IMG/VR virus record: IMGVR_UViG_3300007770_000016
Coordinates: 1-55,594 of that record
Reading direction: 5' to 3' (one strand)
Length of the DNA stretch: 55,594 bases
Origin: a virus
Taxonomy: Duplodnaviria; Caudoviricetes
The first letter of the stretch is position 1; each line of letters opens with the position of its first letter. Made by a program: the position numbers and the translations under genes. This document shows positions 21,601 through 29,242 of the stretch, piece after piece. The notes under the pieces are model-generated. The model was not told the DNA's origin, searched no databases, and worked only from the letters and a program-made list of their open reading frames with translations.

Positions 21601-22750
21601 TGGTGGTACTGTTACTAATATGCCCACTGCATTTATTGGCCATGGTCCTGCGGGTGGTGTCATGTCTAATGCATTATCTAGACAATTTCTTAGTTTTCTT
21701 GCTCGTGCTGCTACATCATTTGGAATAACAGGTAGACAAATTTCTCCGTATCGTCGCATCAAAGAAGGAGTTCCTTTTGTTGGTGGTAAGAAATTCCTTG
21801 GAGATTTCAAGTATGGTTATGCAGCAGCCGACTTCCTTCGTGTAATGGGTACAGGTGCTCTCGTTTATGAGATAGGTAAAGAGATGACAGGTATGGATAT
21901 GTCGAGGGGTTTAGGATTTTCACCGATGATAGAAGTTATGGGTGGTGGTTGGAAACCACCAATTGTTAGTATTCCCTATGATTTTATGGAAGTAATTTCT
22001 GGCGACTTAGAGTTTGCTAAGTCTTCTATACCGGGTGTAGTTCCGGGTGGTATAGGCATCGTTCGTGCTATGGGGATGTTACCTAAAATGGGAGATTCCT
22101 TCTTACCTGATTGGACTAATGATTTACAGAAGACCTATGTAGACTGGAACACTACTACTCCCGATGGTGCTCACCCTATATATAAACCAGATGGCAGTTT
22201 AATCAACTACGAAAAACCTTTTACAATTGTCACCAGAGGGTTAGGAATAAATATGGAAGATCATCCTAAGGCAGGAGAGGTAGATGGATATCTTGTCAAG
22301 CAACGAGAGATGATCATACAAATGGAGAGTGACTATATAAACGCGGTGCTTAGTAACAACATACCTAAGGCTAAAAGTATAGAAGCAGAATTCCAAAAAC
22401 GATTTAATCTTCCTATGAAGATTTCTAAGAGACAATGGAAAGCACGACTCAAGAACTTGCAAGTAGCAAGACTCGAACGTATAGCAGACACCATACCAGC
22501 AGAATACAAACATCTATATCAAGGAACGCTACAAGATGAGCACAGTAGATTAGGATTACAATCTCCTGAAGATGTAATGCTTGGTACTACTTCTGGTAAG
22601 AGAACTACAGCGGGAGCAGTAAGACCTCAAACTGTTAACATTGATTCGAAGTCTGTTGAAGAAATTAGACAACATCTACGTAGAATAGAACAAGAGGAAA
22701 AACCAATAGAGGACCAAGGATTTAATCCGTTTCAAGCATGGAACCAATAA
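18668..22750 (+). CDS. Large internal virion / DNA ejection protein
   Basis: 1360 aa; amphipathic Gly-rich C-terminal half typical of large podovirus ejection proteins. Confidence 0.55.
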   Translation: MEYQSSPFEPIRSFDAPGVALQQILSDNVSVGSIRDLLTPSRRAFLTPEEQASIAENFKDKYGGDNRVLRTMLGIATNPWIWMGAMLTPAGVTALKETGSIFLGRGLSTAKGIKGGSAWLDALGVSTSHQALNGTLFGSLAEVDDLLRKKTYAIDAIEFQKSLARYYKSNPSMLRKHGIKEVPTNIDEWMQVVAKELKLEKPHKFTSKIFNPDYQGVHKEWGGTINRSLYAELSGMSKSTSIQTPSVQPTFSVSAASLKEAKRYGVSADYISGGSKPGRFEIDMDMYIGLKRENDSALRAGAIDQPHGVHQDVNSMKVVKKGDPTEQMMLEETSNVLRETLHLDPIINAYRASYDKRAIMLFANQRKWDDHGIFELDPDKIKTLSASMDPAGHNSKFFKTTSGEVLSKDELSSKGVDFLRSIFDIDHFGALAMSSTKRERILTELMEATVVDMFKNKTYIPRNTYRLTHDVMEKLPDGSFKSIGIEKSALHSSSVANAETLSEVNRLAPRTTGSRFFHPHDYQWLREMNAQHGGSSSRLSVRNQADDIDKVLKDKIRASRGQIKENTSKSLQTSMLTMDAVTGHRRYMKDTSEIWSRHIPHKTVTETGLEMPDMEVYGPLIVIDEAIRKQGLPAGGYTNLDDLFLRSTAWRSGNKRYTKESGKAGDMPAETWDTTLEDLIVGARDDLGDLTGAPLAANAPDGGVTIGDIMAHTYASMKNTYAADIAKDVLLPYISSRVTAKHSAMRSVQLATQENLASFANSWLGKKIETFGQPGKDFINSMKTMSTYENITSNMAKGLYVGFLGLNMSSVMLNMMQPLLHAAMWGGLGNVMPAYLKAFSEIAGYAADRAKLGWKISSGKRAELNQKHFKHIGEGLDNDLLGVQPDVFANIEGASYAGVQGYATEGNLHYLTMTLPMKLFEKAELMNRLTTAHMVDGLYKRAGIVTPKMHTRGVWNEEQKNLYRKMIDTKRMVQEAQFGGTVTNMPTAFIGHGPAGGVMSNALSRQFLSFLARAATSFGITGRQISPYRRIKEGVPFVGGKKFLGDFKYGYAAADFLRVMGTGALVYEIGKEMTGMDMSRGLGFSPMIEVMGGGWKPPIVSIPYDFMEVISGDLEFAKSSIPGVVPGGIGIVRAMGMLPKMGDSFLPDWTNDLQKTYVDWNTTTPDGAHPIYKPDGSLINYEKPFTIVTRGLGINMEDHPKAGEVDGYLVKQREMIIQMESDYINAVLSNNIPKAKSIEAEFQKRFNLPMKISKRQWKARLKNLQVARLERIADTIPAEYKHLYQGTLQDEHSRLGLQSPEDVMLGTTSGKRTTAGAVRPQTVNIDSKSVEEIRQHLRRIEQEEKPIEDQGFNPFQAWNQ

Positions 22751-23514
22751 AAGCAACATTCGCAGCGATATCATGTATACATACACCATTTGAAAATCTT
22801 GAGGCTAAGGAACGGATGCTCGCATCCCTCTCGGACTCTTCCCCCACTCATTTCGTTCTCCTCGGAGATCTCTTCGATGCGGGTTCGGTCTCGGTTCACC
22901 CTCACGAATTCGAGCATGCTCTCGAAGATGAGTACGAACGGGGGCATCGGTACCTCTCGGATATTATGGCTGTGTTACCCCCGGAAGTTGAGTTGGTTTG
23001 GGTTCATGGGAATCATGATGATAATATTTTAGCCAAAGATCCGAGGCGTTCTCCTAGAGGATTACGTTCCTTGCTGTCATGGAATAAGCATTATGAATTT
23101 GGTGAACTGTTTAGGAAGTGGAAGCAGATACCCTATACAAAATCTAAGAAGGGTATGTATAAATTAGGACAGGTATATTTCTATCACGGCTTTGATGCAG
23201 GAGTTAATAGTGATGAACTAGAAACTATCCAGATGGCACAGATGGCAGGGGGTCACGCTCATAGATTATTTATAAGAGGTCATACTCATAGACCTACAGT
23301 GGGGGTTGAACAATGTAGGAGAACCCTTAAAATAAAACTGCCGTGGTACTACGCTAATGCGGGTACGATGGGACCTCTCAATCCTGACTATATGAATCGT
23401 AAGGATTCATCGGGATGGGGTGCTGCAATGGTTAGAGGTGAGGCTTCCTTGTCGGAACCTAGAAGACCCTCTACTTCAGATTGGGACGCTCACGTAGAAT
23501 TATTCGATGGCTAA
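22738..23514 (+). CDS. Calcineurin-like metallophosphoesterase
   Basis: SCIH (DxH variant), GDLFD, GNHD, HG and GHTH motifs. Confidence 0.85.
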   Translation: MEPIKATFAAISCIHTPFENLEAKERMLASLSDSSPTHFVLLGDLFDAGSVSVHPHEFEHALEDEYERGHRYLSDIMAVLPPEVELVWVHGNHDDNILAKDPRRSPRGLRSLLSWNKHYEFGELFRKWKQIPYTKSKKGMYKLGQVYFYHGFDAGVNSDELETIQMAQMAGGHAHRLFIRGHTHRPTVGVEQCRRTLKIKLPWYYANAGTMGPLNPDYMNRKDSSGWGAAMVRGEASLSEPRRPSTSDWDAHVELFDG

Positions 23515-24352
23515 ATCAACCGCTAGACTTGCTGCTGAACAAAGAGTTATTCGAGAACGAATGGTTCCTCGTATTCTTAAGGATATGGGTGCTTCAAATA
23601 AAGAAATAGATAGGTTATTAGTTTTAATGGGGAAAAGTGGGACACCTGGTGGGTTCTTTGCATCCCCCCTTCGAGGTCAAATTAGAAAGGCTAGAAAAGA
23701 ATTGAGAAGAAGCAGCGATGCTCCCAGCAAGTATTTGAAAATGTCGAGAAAAGAACTGGCGCGAGAATTTCAGAGGGCACTTATTGGGGAAGCAAGGGGA
23801 GAAAAGGGATTAAAAAAGGTTTCAACTAAACGCCCTTTAATGATGATTCAACCAACGAATTATAAAGATCTTCGGGGTGTCATTGCTCACGAGGGAGGGC
23901 ACTATTTAGATTGGTTAAAAAACAAACAAAAATTTCATTCAATGGCACCATTACAACATGAATTTAGAGCGGATAAATCAGCTGCTGCATATCTAAAACA
24001 ATTTGGTAAAAAAGGTATGGGTGCTCACTATATACAAGATCGATTGAGAGCAGAAGCATTACAAATTACAAAACAAGGAAGTATCTTAGGCACTTGGGAC
24101 CCTATAAAACAAGAAGTTAGGAGACACTCAACGGCAACTGGTACACCTTCTCATCCTAGATATACTGGTGTTCCGCATACAATTGATTGGAAGCATACCG
24201 GTGGTATGACGGAAGCAACTCCTAAAGCTTTCGTTGGAGCTGGTAAGACTCCATATAAATATGGGGTTCATGTACTTAAAAAAGCAGGACTTATGGGACT
24301 ACTCTTGGCACTAATGCTCCCGATGTTTATGAGCGAGAAGAAGAATGCATGA
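23507..24352 (+). CDS. Basic HExxH Zn-metallopeptidase (gluzincin, ImmA/IrrE-like) with C-terminal hydrophobic tail
   Basis: VIAHEGGHYLD ... HEFRAD; tail AGLMGLLLALMLPMFMSEKKNA. Confidence 0.7.
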   Translation: MAKSTARLAAEQRVIRERMVPRILKDMGASNKEIDRLLVLMGKSGTPGGFFASPLRGQIRKARKELRRSSDAPSKYLKMSRKELAREFQRALIGEARGEKGLKKVSTKRPLMMIQPTNYKDLRGVIAHEGGHYLDWLKNKQKFHSMAPLQHEFRADKSAAAYLKQFGKKGMGAHYIQDRLRAEALQITKQGSILGTWDPIKQEVRRHSTATGTPSHPRYTGVPHTIDWKHTGGMTEATPKAFVGAGKTPYKYGVHVLKKAGLMGLLLALMLPMFMSEKKNA

Positions 24353-25068
24353 TGGCTGAAATACAAAATGAATTATATGATCAGTTGTTTAAACTTATGT
24401 TTGAGGGAGAATCGGTAGAAAAGGTTCCTTTATTTAAATCTAAAGGACACAACAGATATGCTCCCTTTCAACGCCCGTATTTTCAATCTGTTCGCCCTAT
24501 TTCTAATACCGCTTTAGATCCTTGGATTGAAATTGACAAGAAGCTTTTTGAGACAAAAGCTAAACCTTTTAACTTTCTTTACAAAAATCCTAAAGAGTTA
24601 ATATATGCGATGAGTCATGAGTTAGGTCATGCTAAGGACTTTAGCGATATATCTAAAAAGATGACCCCCCGTGAATTTAGAAAATTGTGGACATCTAGAA
24701 GCGGAATAATAGATAAGCTTGGTGCTGAGACTAGAGGGGCAAAAATTCACATGCCTTTTCTAAGAGAACATTTTGGTAAAAATGCTCTCTCTGAATTTCG
24801 TAAAAAAGATTTTCTTTTAAAAGAACAATTAGGTACTTATGGTGACAAAATTTCTAAGAAAGACTTACTGAAAGAGATAAAAAGATTTCATGGTCCTAGT
24901 CATTCTAGTCGTTTTTTATCTCAAGTATTAGGATCGGAGTCTTCAATGTTGACGAATATGGGAGTGAAGTATAAAAACCTTGCTGGGATAGCAAGGTCTG
25001 CAGGTCTCATGGGATTGCTTATGGCGATCATGATTCCGATGATGTCAGGTGAGAAGAAGAGTGCATGA
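24349..25068 (+). CDS. Second basic HExxH Zn-metallopeptidase-like paralogue with the same C-terminal tail
   Basis: AMSHELGHAKD ... AETRG; tail AGLMGLLMAIMIPMMSGEKKSA. Confidence 0.65.
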   Translation: MMAEIQNELYDQLFKLMFEGESVEKVPLFKSKGHNRYAPFQRPYFQSVRPISNTALDPWIEIDKKLFETKAKPFNFLYKNPKELIYAMSHELGHAKDFSDISKKMTPREFRKLWTSRSGIIDKLGAETRGAKIHMPFLREHFGKNALSEFRKKDFLLKEQLGTYGDKISKKDLLKEIKRFHGPSHSSRFLSQVLGSESSMLTNMGVKYKNLAGIARSAGLMGLLMAIMIPMMSGEKKSA

Positions 25069-25116
25069 TGTTATTCTGGTCTAGATATATTGTGATTTGT
25101 AGACCAGCACCTACGG

Positions 25117-25536
25117 TCATTGCAATTTTGTCCATATTTGGATAGCATCCTCACCTTCTACGATAGCCCCAGAGTACCTTCTATTTCTGGTGTTTCCTTC
25201 CGGTAACTCTACATTTATTAGTGAGATCCAATTCTGCTTATTGAGAGCCCGTATACGGACGTTTCCGAACTCATCTGTGCTCGGAGCCATACTTCCCTTA
25301 GAAGCCTCGTACAGGGCAATCTCGGCCTTCTCAGAGATACTTGCTTTCTTATTCCAAATTACTACTAACCAACCCCCCACTCCATAGAGTCGTGCATGGC
25401 TCCTTTTTAGAGTGGGGGTGGCTAGTGTTCGGGGAGGTACAGATACAATTAGCTTCCATTTAGCTTTTGGATCTGTAGAAGAATTAACCTTCCCGCATGT
25501 GATCATGGGAAATACAGGAAACTCTGTGTAGTTCAT
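25117..25536 (-). CDS. Hypothetical protein (likely leaderless)
   Basis: 139-aa ORF preceded by TGgTAAGAT, 7 nt, ATG. Confidence 0.6.
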   Translation of the reverse strand: MNYTEFPVFPMITCGKVNSSTDPKAKWKLIVSVPPRTLATPTLKRSHARLYGVGGWLVVIWNKKASISEKAEIALYEASKGSMAPSTDEFGNVRIRALNKQNWISLINVELPEGNTRNRRYSGAIVEGEDAIQIWTKLQ

Positions 25537-25602
25537 TGGAAGAATCTTACCAAGAACAAGGCTAGAATGATTCCTAAGAGAGCAATTCTCATAGGCATTC
25601 TA
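25534..25602 (-). promoter_or_regulatory. Terminator-like hairpin followed by an extended -10 leaderless promoter
   Basis: Hairpin 25563-25602; TG-n-TAAGAT at 25552-25544. Confidence 0.45.
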
Positions 25603-25643
25603 TCTCGCTCAGGGTTGTTCATACCTAAAGTATACAGTAACAA

Positions 25644-25817
25644 CTACTTATATTCTTCTACTGTATAGATTTTTTCTTTATCTAATCGGAGGTTGTTGAA
25701 ATCGTCGGCATCTTTTTGAGCTTCACGTTTCATATAGTAAGTAGCATCTTCATCTGCAGATTGCACCCACCACTTACCTCGTACTCTAATCCCCCATCTT
25801 TTAATTGTCTTCGTCAT
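25644..25817 (-). CDS. Hypothetical protein
   Basis: SD GAGGAG 7 nt before the ATG at 25817. Confidence 0.55.
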   Translation of the reverse strand: MTKTIKRWGIRVRGKWWVQSADEDATYYMKREAQKDADDFNNLRLDKEKIYTVEEYK

Positions 25818-26025
25818 TGTCATTCTCCTCAAAGTGGGAAGCATATTCTTTACATAACGCATCCACTTGTTCTGGGTCACCTAAGTCATTGATACCACCA
25901 CAGGCGTGATAGAAGGAAGAACATACTTCTTTCCAATTAGGGTCATCCCATTCTATTGGTTTTTTATTTGTCTTCCATAGATCATAAAGGGGATCTATGT
26001 CCCTGTGAAATTTACTCTGTCTCAT
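25801..26025 (-). CDS. Hypothetical protein
   Basis: SD GAGG; tightly packed operon. Confidence 0.55.
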   Translation of the reverse strand: MRQSKFHRDIDPLYDLWKTNKKPIEWDDPNWKEVCSSFYHACGGINDLGDPEQVDALCKEYASHFEENDNDEDN

Positions 26026-26221
26026 CTATTTTTACCTCTTCCATAATTTCGCATTCAGCGTCACAACTATAACATTCTACATAGTCTAGATAGAAATTCC
26101 CATCTAAAAAATCCTCAACTTTTAGATTGTCTATTCCATTAATAGGGAGACTATTTACTTCCCAAGTAGCATAGAGTTCATCGCCACCACATTTCTTACA
26201 TATTGTTTTATATCTACTCAT
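26012..26221 (-). CDS. Small Zn-ribbon protein
   Basis: CKKC ... CYSC; SD GGAGG. Confidence 0.6.
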   Translation of the reverse strand: MSRYKTICKKCGGDELYATWEVNSLPINGIDNLKVEDFLDGNFYLDYVECYSCDAECEIMEEVKIDETE

Positions 26222-26411
26222 CTTTATCCTCCATTATAAATAAGAAGCCACCACCGTTGCCTTCTTCGTCTCGACTAACTTCCACTCTAATTTCAGCACC
26301 ACCTCTAGTGGTCATTGTAAAAGAAGGGAATGGATCAAGAGCATGCTCATCTTCCACTAGTGTATATCCTGTGATAGTAGCTCCTATCAATTGTTCGTAA
26401 TATTCTTTCAT
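26214..26411 (-). CDS. Hypothetical protein
   Basis: SD AAAGGAG before the ATG at 26411; SRDEEGNGGGFLFI motif. Confidence 0.6.
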   Translation of the reverse strand: MKEYYEQLIGATITGYTLVEDEHALDPFPSFTMTTRGGAEIRVEVSRDEEGNGGGFLFIMEDKDE

Positions 26412-26421
26412 GTGTTCTCCT

Positions 26422-26922
26422 TTAATCTGGTAAGTAACCTGCGAATTCCATTCCAGGTTCATCATAGAACCAAGAAATACATAGGTTGGAATATGTTTCC
26501 TTGAGATGATTATAGATTCCTTCGGCTGGACCCCACGCAGTATCGAAGCTTACTTCTATTTCATCTTCTTCATTCTGCTCAAAATCTGTACTACCCGGAT
26601 CCCACTTGGTACCCCAATTATTATTACACCAAGTGTACCAACATTTAGCACCATACTTTTCTGTAAATTCTTCAGACATTTTCTTAGTCATTTTTATAGA
26701 ACCATCATACTCACATGGTTTTTGGTCAGCATATTCTTCTTCAGTACAGAAGCTTCCTGATGAATGATCTCGTAACTCTTGAGGACATGGCAATATGTTT
26801 TGGAAAGAAAATTCTGCATCATCTTCCATACTTATCTTTGTTTCTTCTCGAAACTTTTTGCGTTCTTCATCGGACATGTCGTGAAGACTAATTCTAACTC
26901 TGTTGTAACACCAATTAGGCAT
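26422..26922 (-). CDS. DUF1281/YubB (Api92-like ferredoxin-fold) family protein
   Basis: MPNWCYN start, WYTWCNNNWGTKWD, FDTAWGP, YDEPGMEFAG; SD ACAGGAG. Confidence 0.8.
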   Translation of the reverse strand: MPNWCYNRVRISLHDMSDEERKKFREETKISMEDDAEFSFQNILPCPQELRDHSSGSFCTEEEYADQKPCEYDGSIKMTKKMSEEFTEKYGAKCWYTWCNNNWGTKWDPGSTDFEQNEEDEIEVSFDTAWGPAEGIYNHLKETYSNLCISWFYDEPGMEFAGYLPD

Positions 26923-26944
26923 GACAATTCTCCTGTGTTGGGGG

Positions 26945-27398
26945 TTAAAGGGCGGGGGGTAGTAATGGGTAGTCTCAGCTAACTTACTATCTACCTTCAT
27001 GTACATCTGAGCGTTATACTACCCCCCGTAGATTGTGGGGTGTGTAGGCACAAGGGCGTTGCAATCTAATCTCTCACCGACCCTACCTTACGGTACTAAG
27101 TCCTACCTCACCCCGTAGATTGTGTTACCTCTTCGATTGCGGTCGATTCACAGTGTCGAAGTTAACCAGTATAGAACCCCGTTAAGATAGATGCCCTACT
27201 AAGTGTTATATACATGATAAACCTAGTTACAACGAGCAAATGCTGACCGACTTGGGCTAAAAGGAAAGGTAACAATTAGTAGATACCCTGTACAGGCGTT
27301 GACTTATATTTCATACCGGTTTCGCCTACCAAGGTACCTACTAAATGGGGCTCCCGTCATCGGGAAGAATCGGGGAGCCCTAAGAGTGGGGGTTCTAA
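26945..27398 (-). ncRNA. Candidate large structured ncRNA (family unknown)
   Basis: Intergenic ~450 nt with several 8-12 bp helices, a crossed helix pair, a GUAA tetraloop and a G-U pair that forms only on the minus strand. Confidence 0.5.
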
Positions 27399-27402
27399 TT
27401 AA

Positions 27403-27927
27403 TTATCCACCTAAGAGTGTTTGAAGATACTCTGATTTGTAAGTGGATGTGCCTCGTTCAGTATACTGACATCGAACCATACATGCAACGGTAGAGTCAC
27501 CATTTAGTTTGGATTCTACCTCTTCGAATGCTGCACCTAGGTCTGTTGGCTCATAACCGAGGATGGTTTTGAGGTGACCTTTCAAGCGACTGAGTTCGAT
27601 CTTAGCACGAATTTGAGAACCCTCGTGCGTGAGAACTGATGGATCTGTTGGGATGGTCATAGGTGCACCATTCCAGATTAGTGGCTCTGTTCGATCTGGA
27701 TCTTCACAGAGTTGATAGTGGAATTGTACACTGATAGCAGGAAATTCTTGCTTGTCTGATGTCTGACGGAAGGTTCCATTTTGTACGTTCATTCCGAGTA
27801 CATAACAAGCGTGTTCACCTTTTGCTGGCCACTCTCCTAGTGATCCCATTCCTTGGTCTGCGTTTGCGGTTTCGAAATCCGATTGTAAGTTTGCGAAGAT
27901 TGCCTTCGTCTCATTTGAAATGCTCAT
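27403..27927 (-). CDS. Putative single-stranded DNA-binding protein (DUF669-like)
   Basis: WPAKGEH..YV, RLKGHL motifs; directly downstream of the Sak4-like gene. Confidence 0.55.
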   Translation of the reverse strand: MSISNETKAIFANLQSDFETANADQGMGSLGEWPAKGEHACYVLGMNVQNGTFRQTSDKQEFPAISVQFHYQLCEDPDRTEPLIWNGAPMTIPTDPSVLTHEGSQIRAKIELSRLKGHLKTILGYEPTDLGAAFEEVESKLNGDSTVACMVRCQYTERGTSTYKSEYLQTLLGG

Positions 27928-27934
27928 AGTAATG

Positions 27935-28831
27935 CTAATCCTTTTTCTGAGCGGTTATGTATTGTTCTTCGAATGAAGCCCACGCTGACTCCTGTGGAAG
28001 TTCAATACGGTCGGGTAATTGTACACGACATTTAGTGATTCCTGCAAGGGACTCATCGTTAATTGTCATGTAATATTTCTGTGTTTTTATGGTTTCTGTT
28101 TTCTTTGGTCCGGGTTTTCCTCCGATTCCTGGTAGTTGTACTTGTTTGGATTCTGTTACCCAATCAGATTCGAATGCTGCAACGAGTTCGAACATCGGGA
28201 AAAGTCTTTTATAGAACGAGTCGGTTATTGTGAGTTCGGGTCTGATTGTATATCGGTCATCACCTAGAGGAATCTTTGCGTTTACTAGATGACAAATATA
28301 AAAGAATCCATATCCGTTTCTACGGAGATCTAGAGAGAAGCGTAGGAGTCCATCGTATACGTCATCCCATGCTCTACGACCATCGAGTTGTTTCCAATCC
28401 TCTTTACCCATCTTCTTTGTTACATGATCTTTCATGAGTTGAATAGCGGGTCCTAAACTATCAAGGATAATTGTTTGTGGTCTTGGGCTATTAGATTCTG
28501 CCATCTTAATAAGTTGTTCTTTCTTCTTCTCTATGGCTTCCCAAGTAAGAACCATCTTATTGCCTCCTACATCCATTGGTTCACCTTGTGTGGTCACTCC
28601 GGGCCATATACATGCCTGTGGATTAGGATTAGTTGTTGAAGTTCCATCAGTATTAATGATGAATGCTTCTGGGTTTGATTGTATAAAAGATGATTTACCT
28701 GTTCCCGGCATACCTACTAGTAGTCCTAGTAACTGTCCGGGTGGATGAACCATCCTCTGTCCTGAAAAACCAAGCCCAGAAAATTTCTGAGCTCCAGTTT
28801 TACCTACTGCTATGTCCTGTGTCTGAGTCAT
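27935..28831 (-). CDS. Sak4-like AAA_24 ATPase / recombinase
   Basis: Walker A GMPGTGKS, Walker B IILDSL, FYICH. Confidence 0.8.
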   Translation of the reverse strand: MTQTQDIAVGKTGAQKFSGLGFSGQRMVHPPGQLLGLLVGMPGTGKSSFIQSNPEAFIINTDGTSTTNPNPQACIWPGVTTQGEPMDVGGNKMVLTWEAIEKKKEQLIKMAESNSPRPQTIILDSLGPAIQLMKDHVTKKMGKEDWKQLDGRRAWDDVYDGLLRFSLDLRRNGYGFFYICHLVNAKIPLGDDRYTIRPELTITDSFYKRLFPMFELVAAFESDWVTESKQVQLPGIGGKPGPKKTETIKTQKYYMTINDESLAGITKCRVQLPDRIELPQESAWASFEEQYITAQKKD

Positions 28832-28840
28832 TTGTATCTC

Positions 28841-29200
28841 CTATTCGTTGTCAAATAATACCTCATCGAGATCTTCATCTGTTGGGACGAACTGATTTTT
28901 TTTAAATGCTTCCTCCGTTGAAACAATACTTGGAGTGGGGGTTATATCTTGGAATCTGGTATTGTTAAAGTTTTCTGGGATATTCCATCTAACTACCTGT
29001 TGGGATTCTAATCCCAACTCGTCACACCACTCCTTAAATTCTCTAAGGGAAACAGTACATTCAAACGAATCACGGAATTTCTTCCATAAATCGTTTATAG
29101 ATATGTCCCCCTTATCTGCAGTTAATAAACCATATAGTTTGGGATATATAACTTGTGATAATATTTCATTTTTAAAACTTAATAATGGATTACTTGCCAT
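28841..29200 (-). CDS. Hypothetical protein
   Basis: SD AGGAG; 119 aa. Confidence 0.6.
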   Translation of the reverse strand: MASNPLLSFKNEILSQVIYPKLYGLLTADKGDISINDLWKKFRDSFECTVSLREFKEWCDELGLESQQVVRWNIPENFNNTRFQDITPTPSIVSTEEAFKKNQFVPTDEDLDEVLFDNE

Positions 29201-29242
29201 AATAACTCCTAGTTGATAACTGCGAAGGACCCCGCCCCCGCA

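Noticed and set aside
25065-25145. 26-codon ORF coupled after the second peptidase
   Set aside because: Too short, overlaps the convergent gene and has no supporting features; may only reflect the conserved ATGATG tail end.
26960-27000. CUGAGACUA resembling the group I intron R element
   Set aside because: No S element follows in the right order and no interrupted gene flanks the region.
26923-27006. N-terminal extension of the DUF1281 ORF in the ORF track
   Set aside because: The family-typical start MPNW with a strong SD is at 26922; the extension lies in the structured region.
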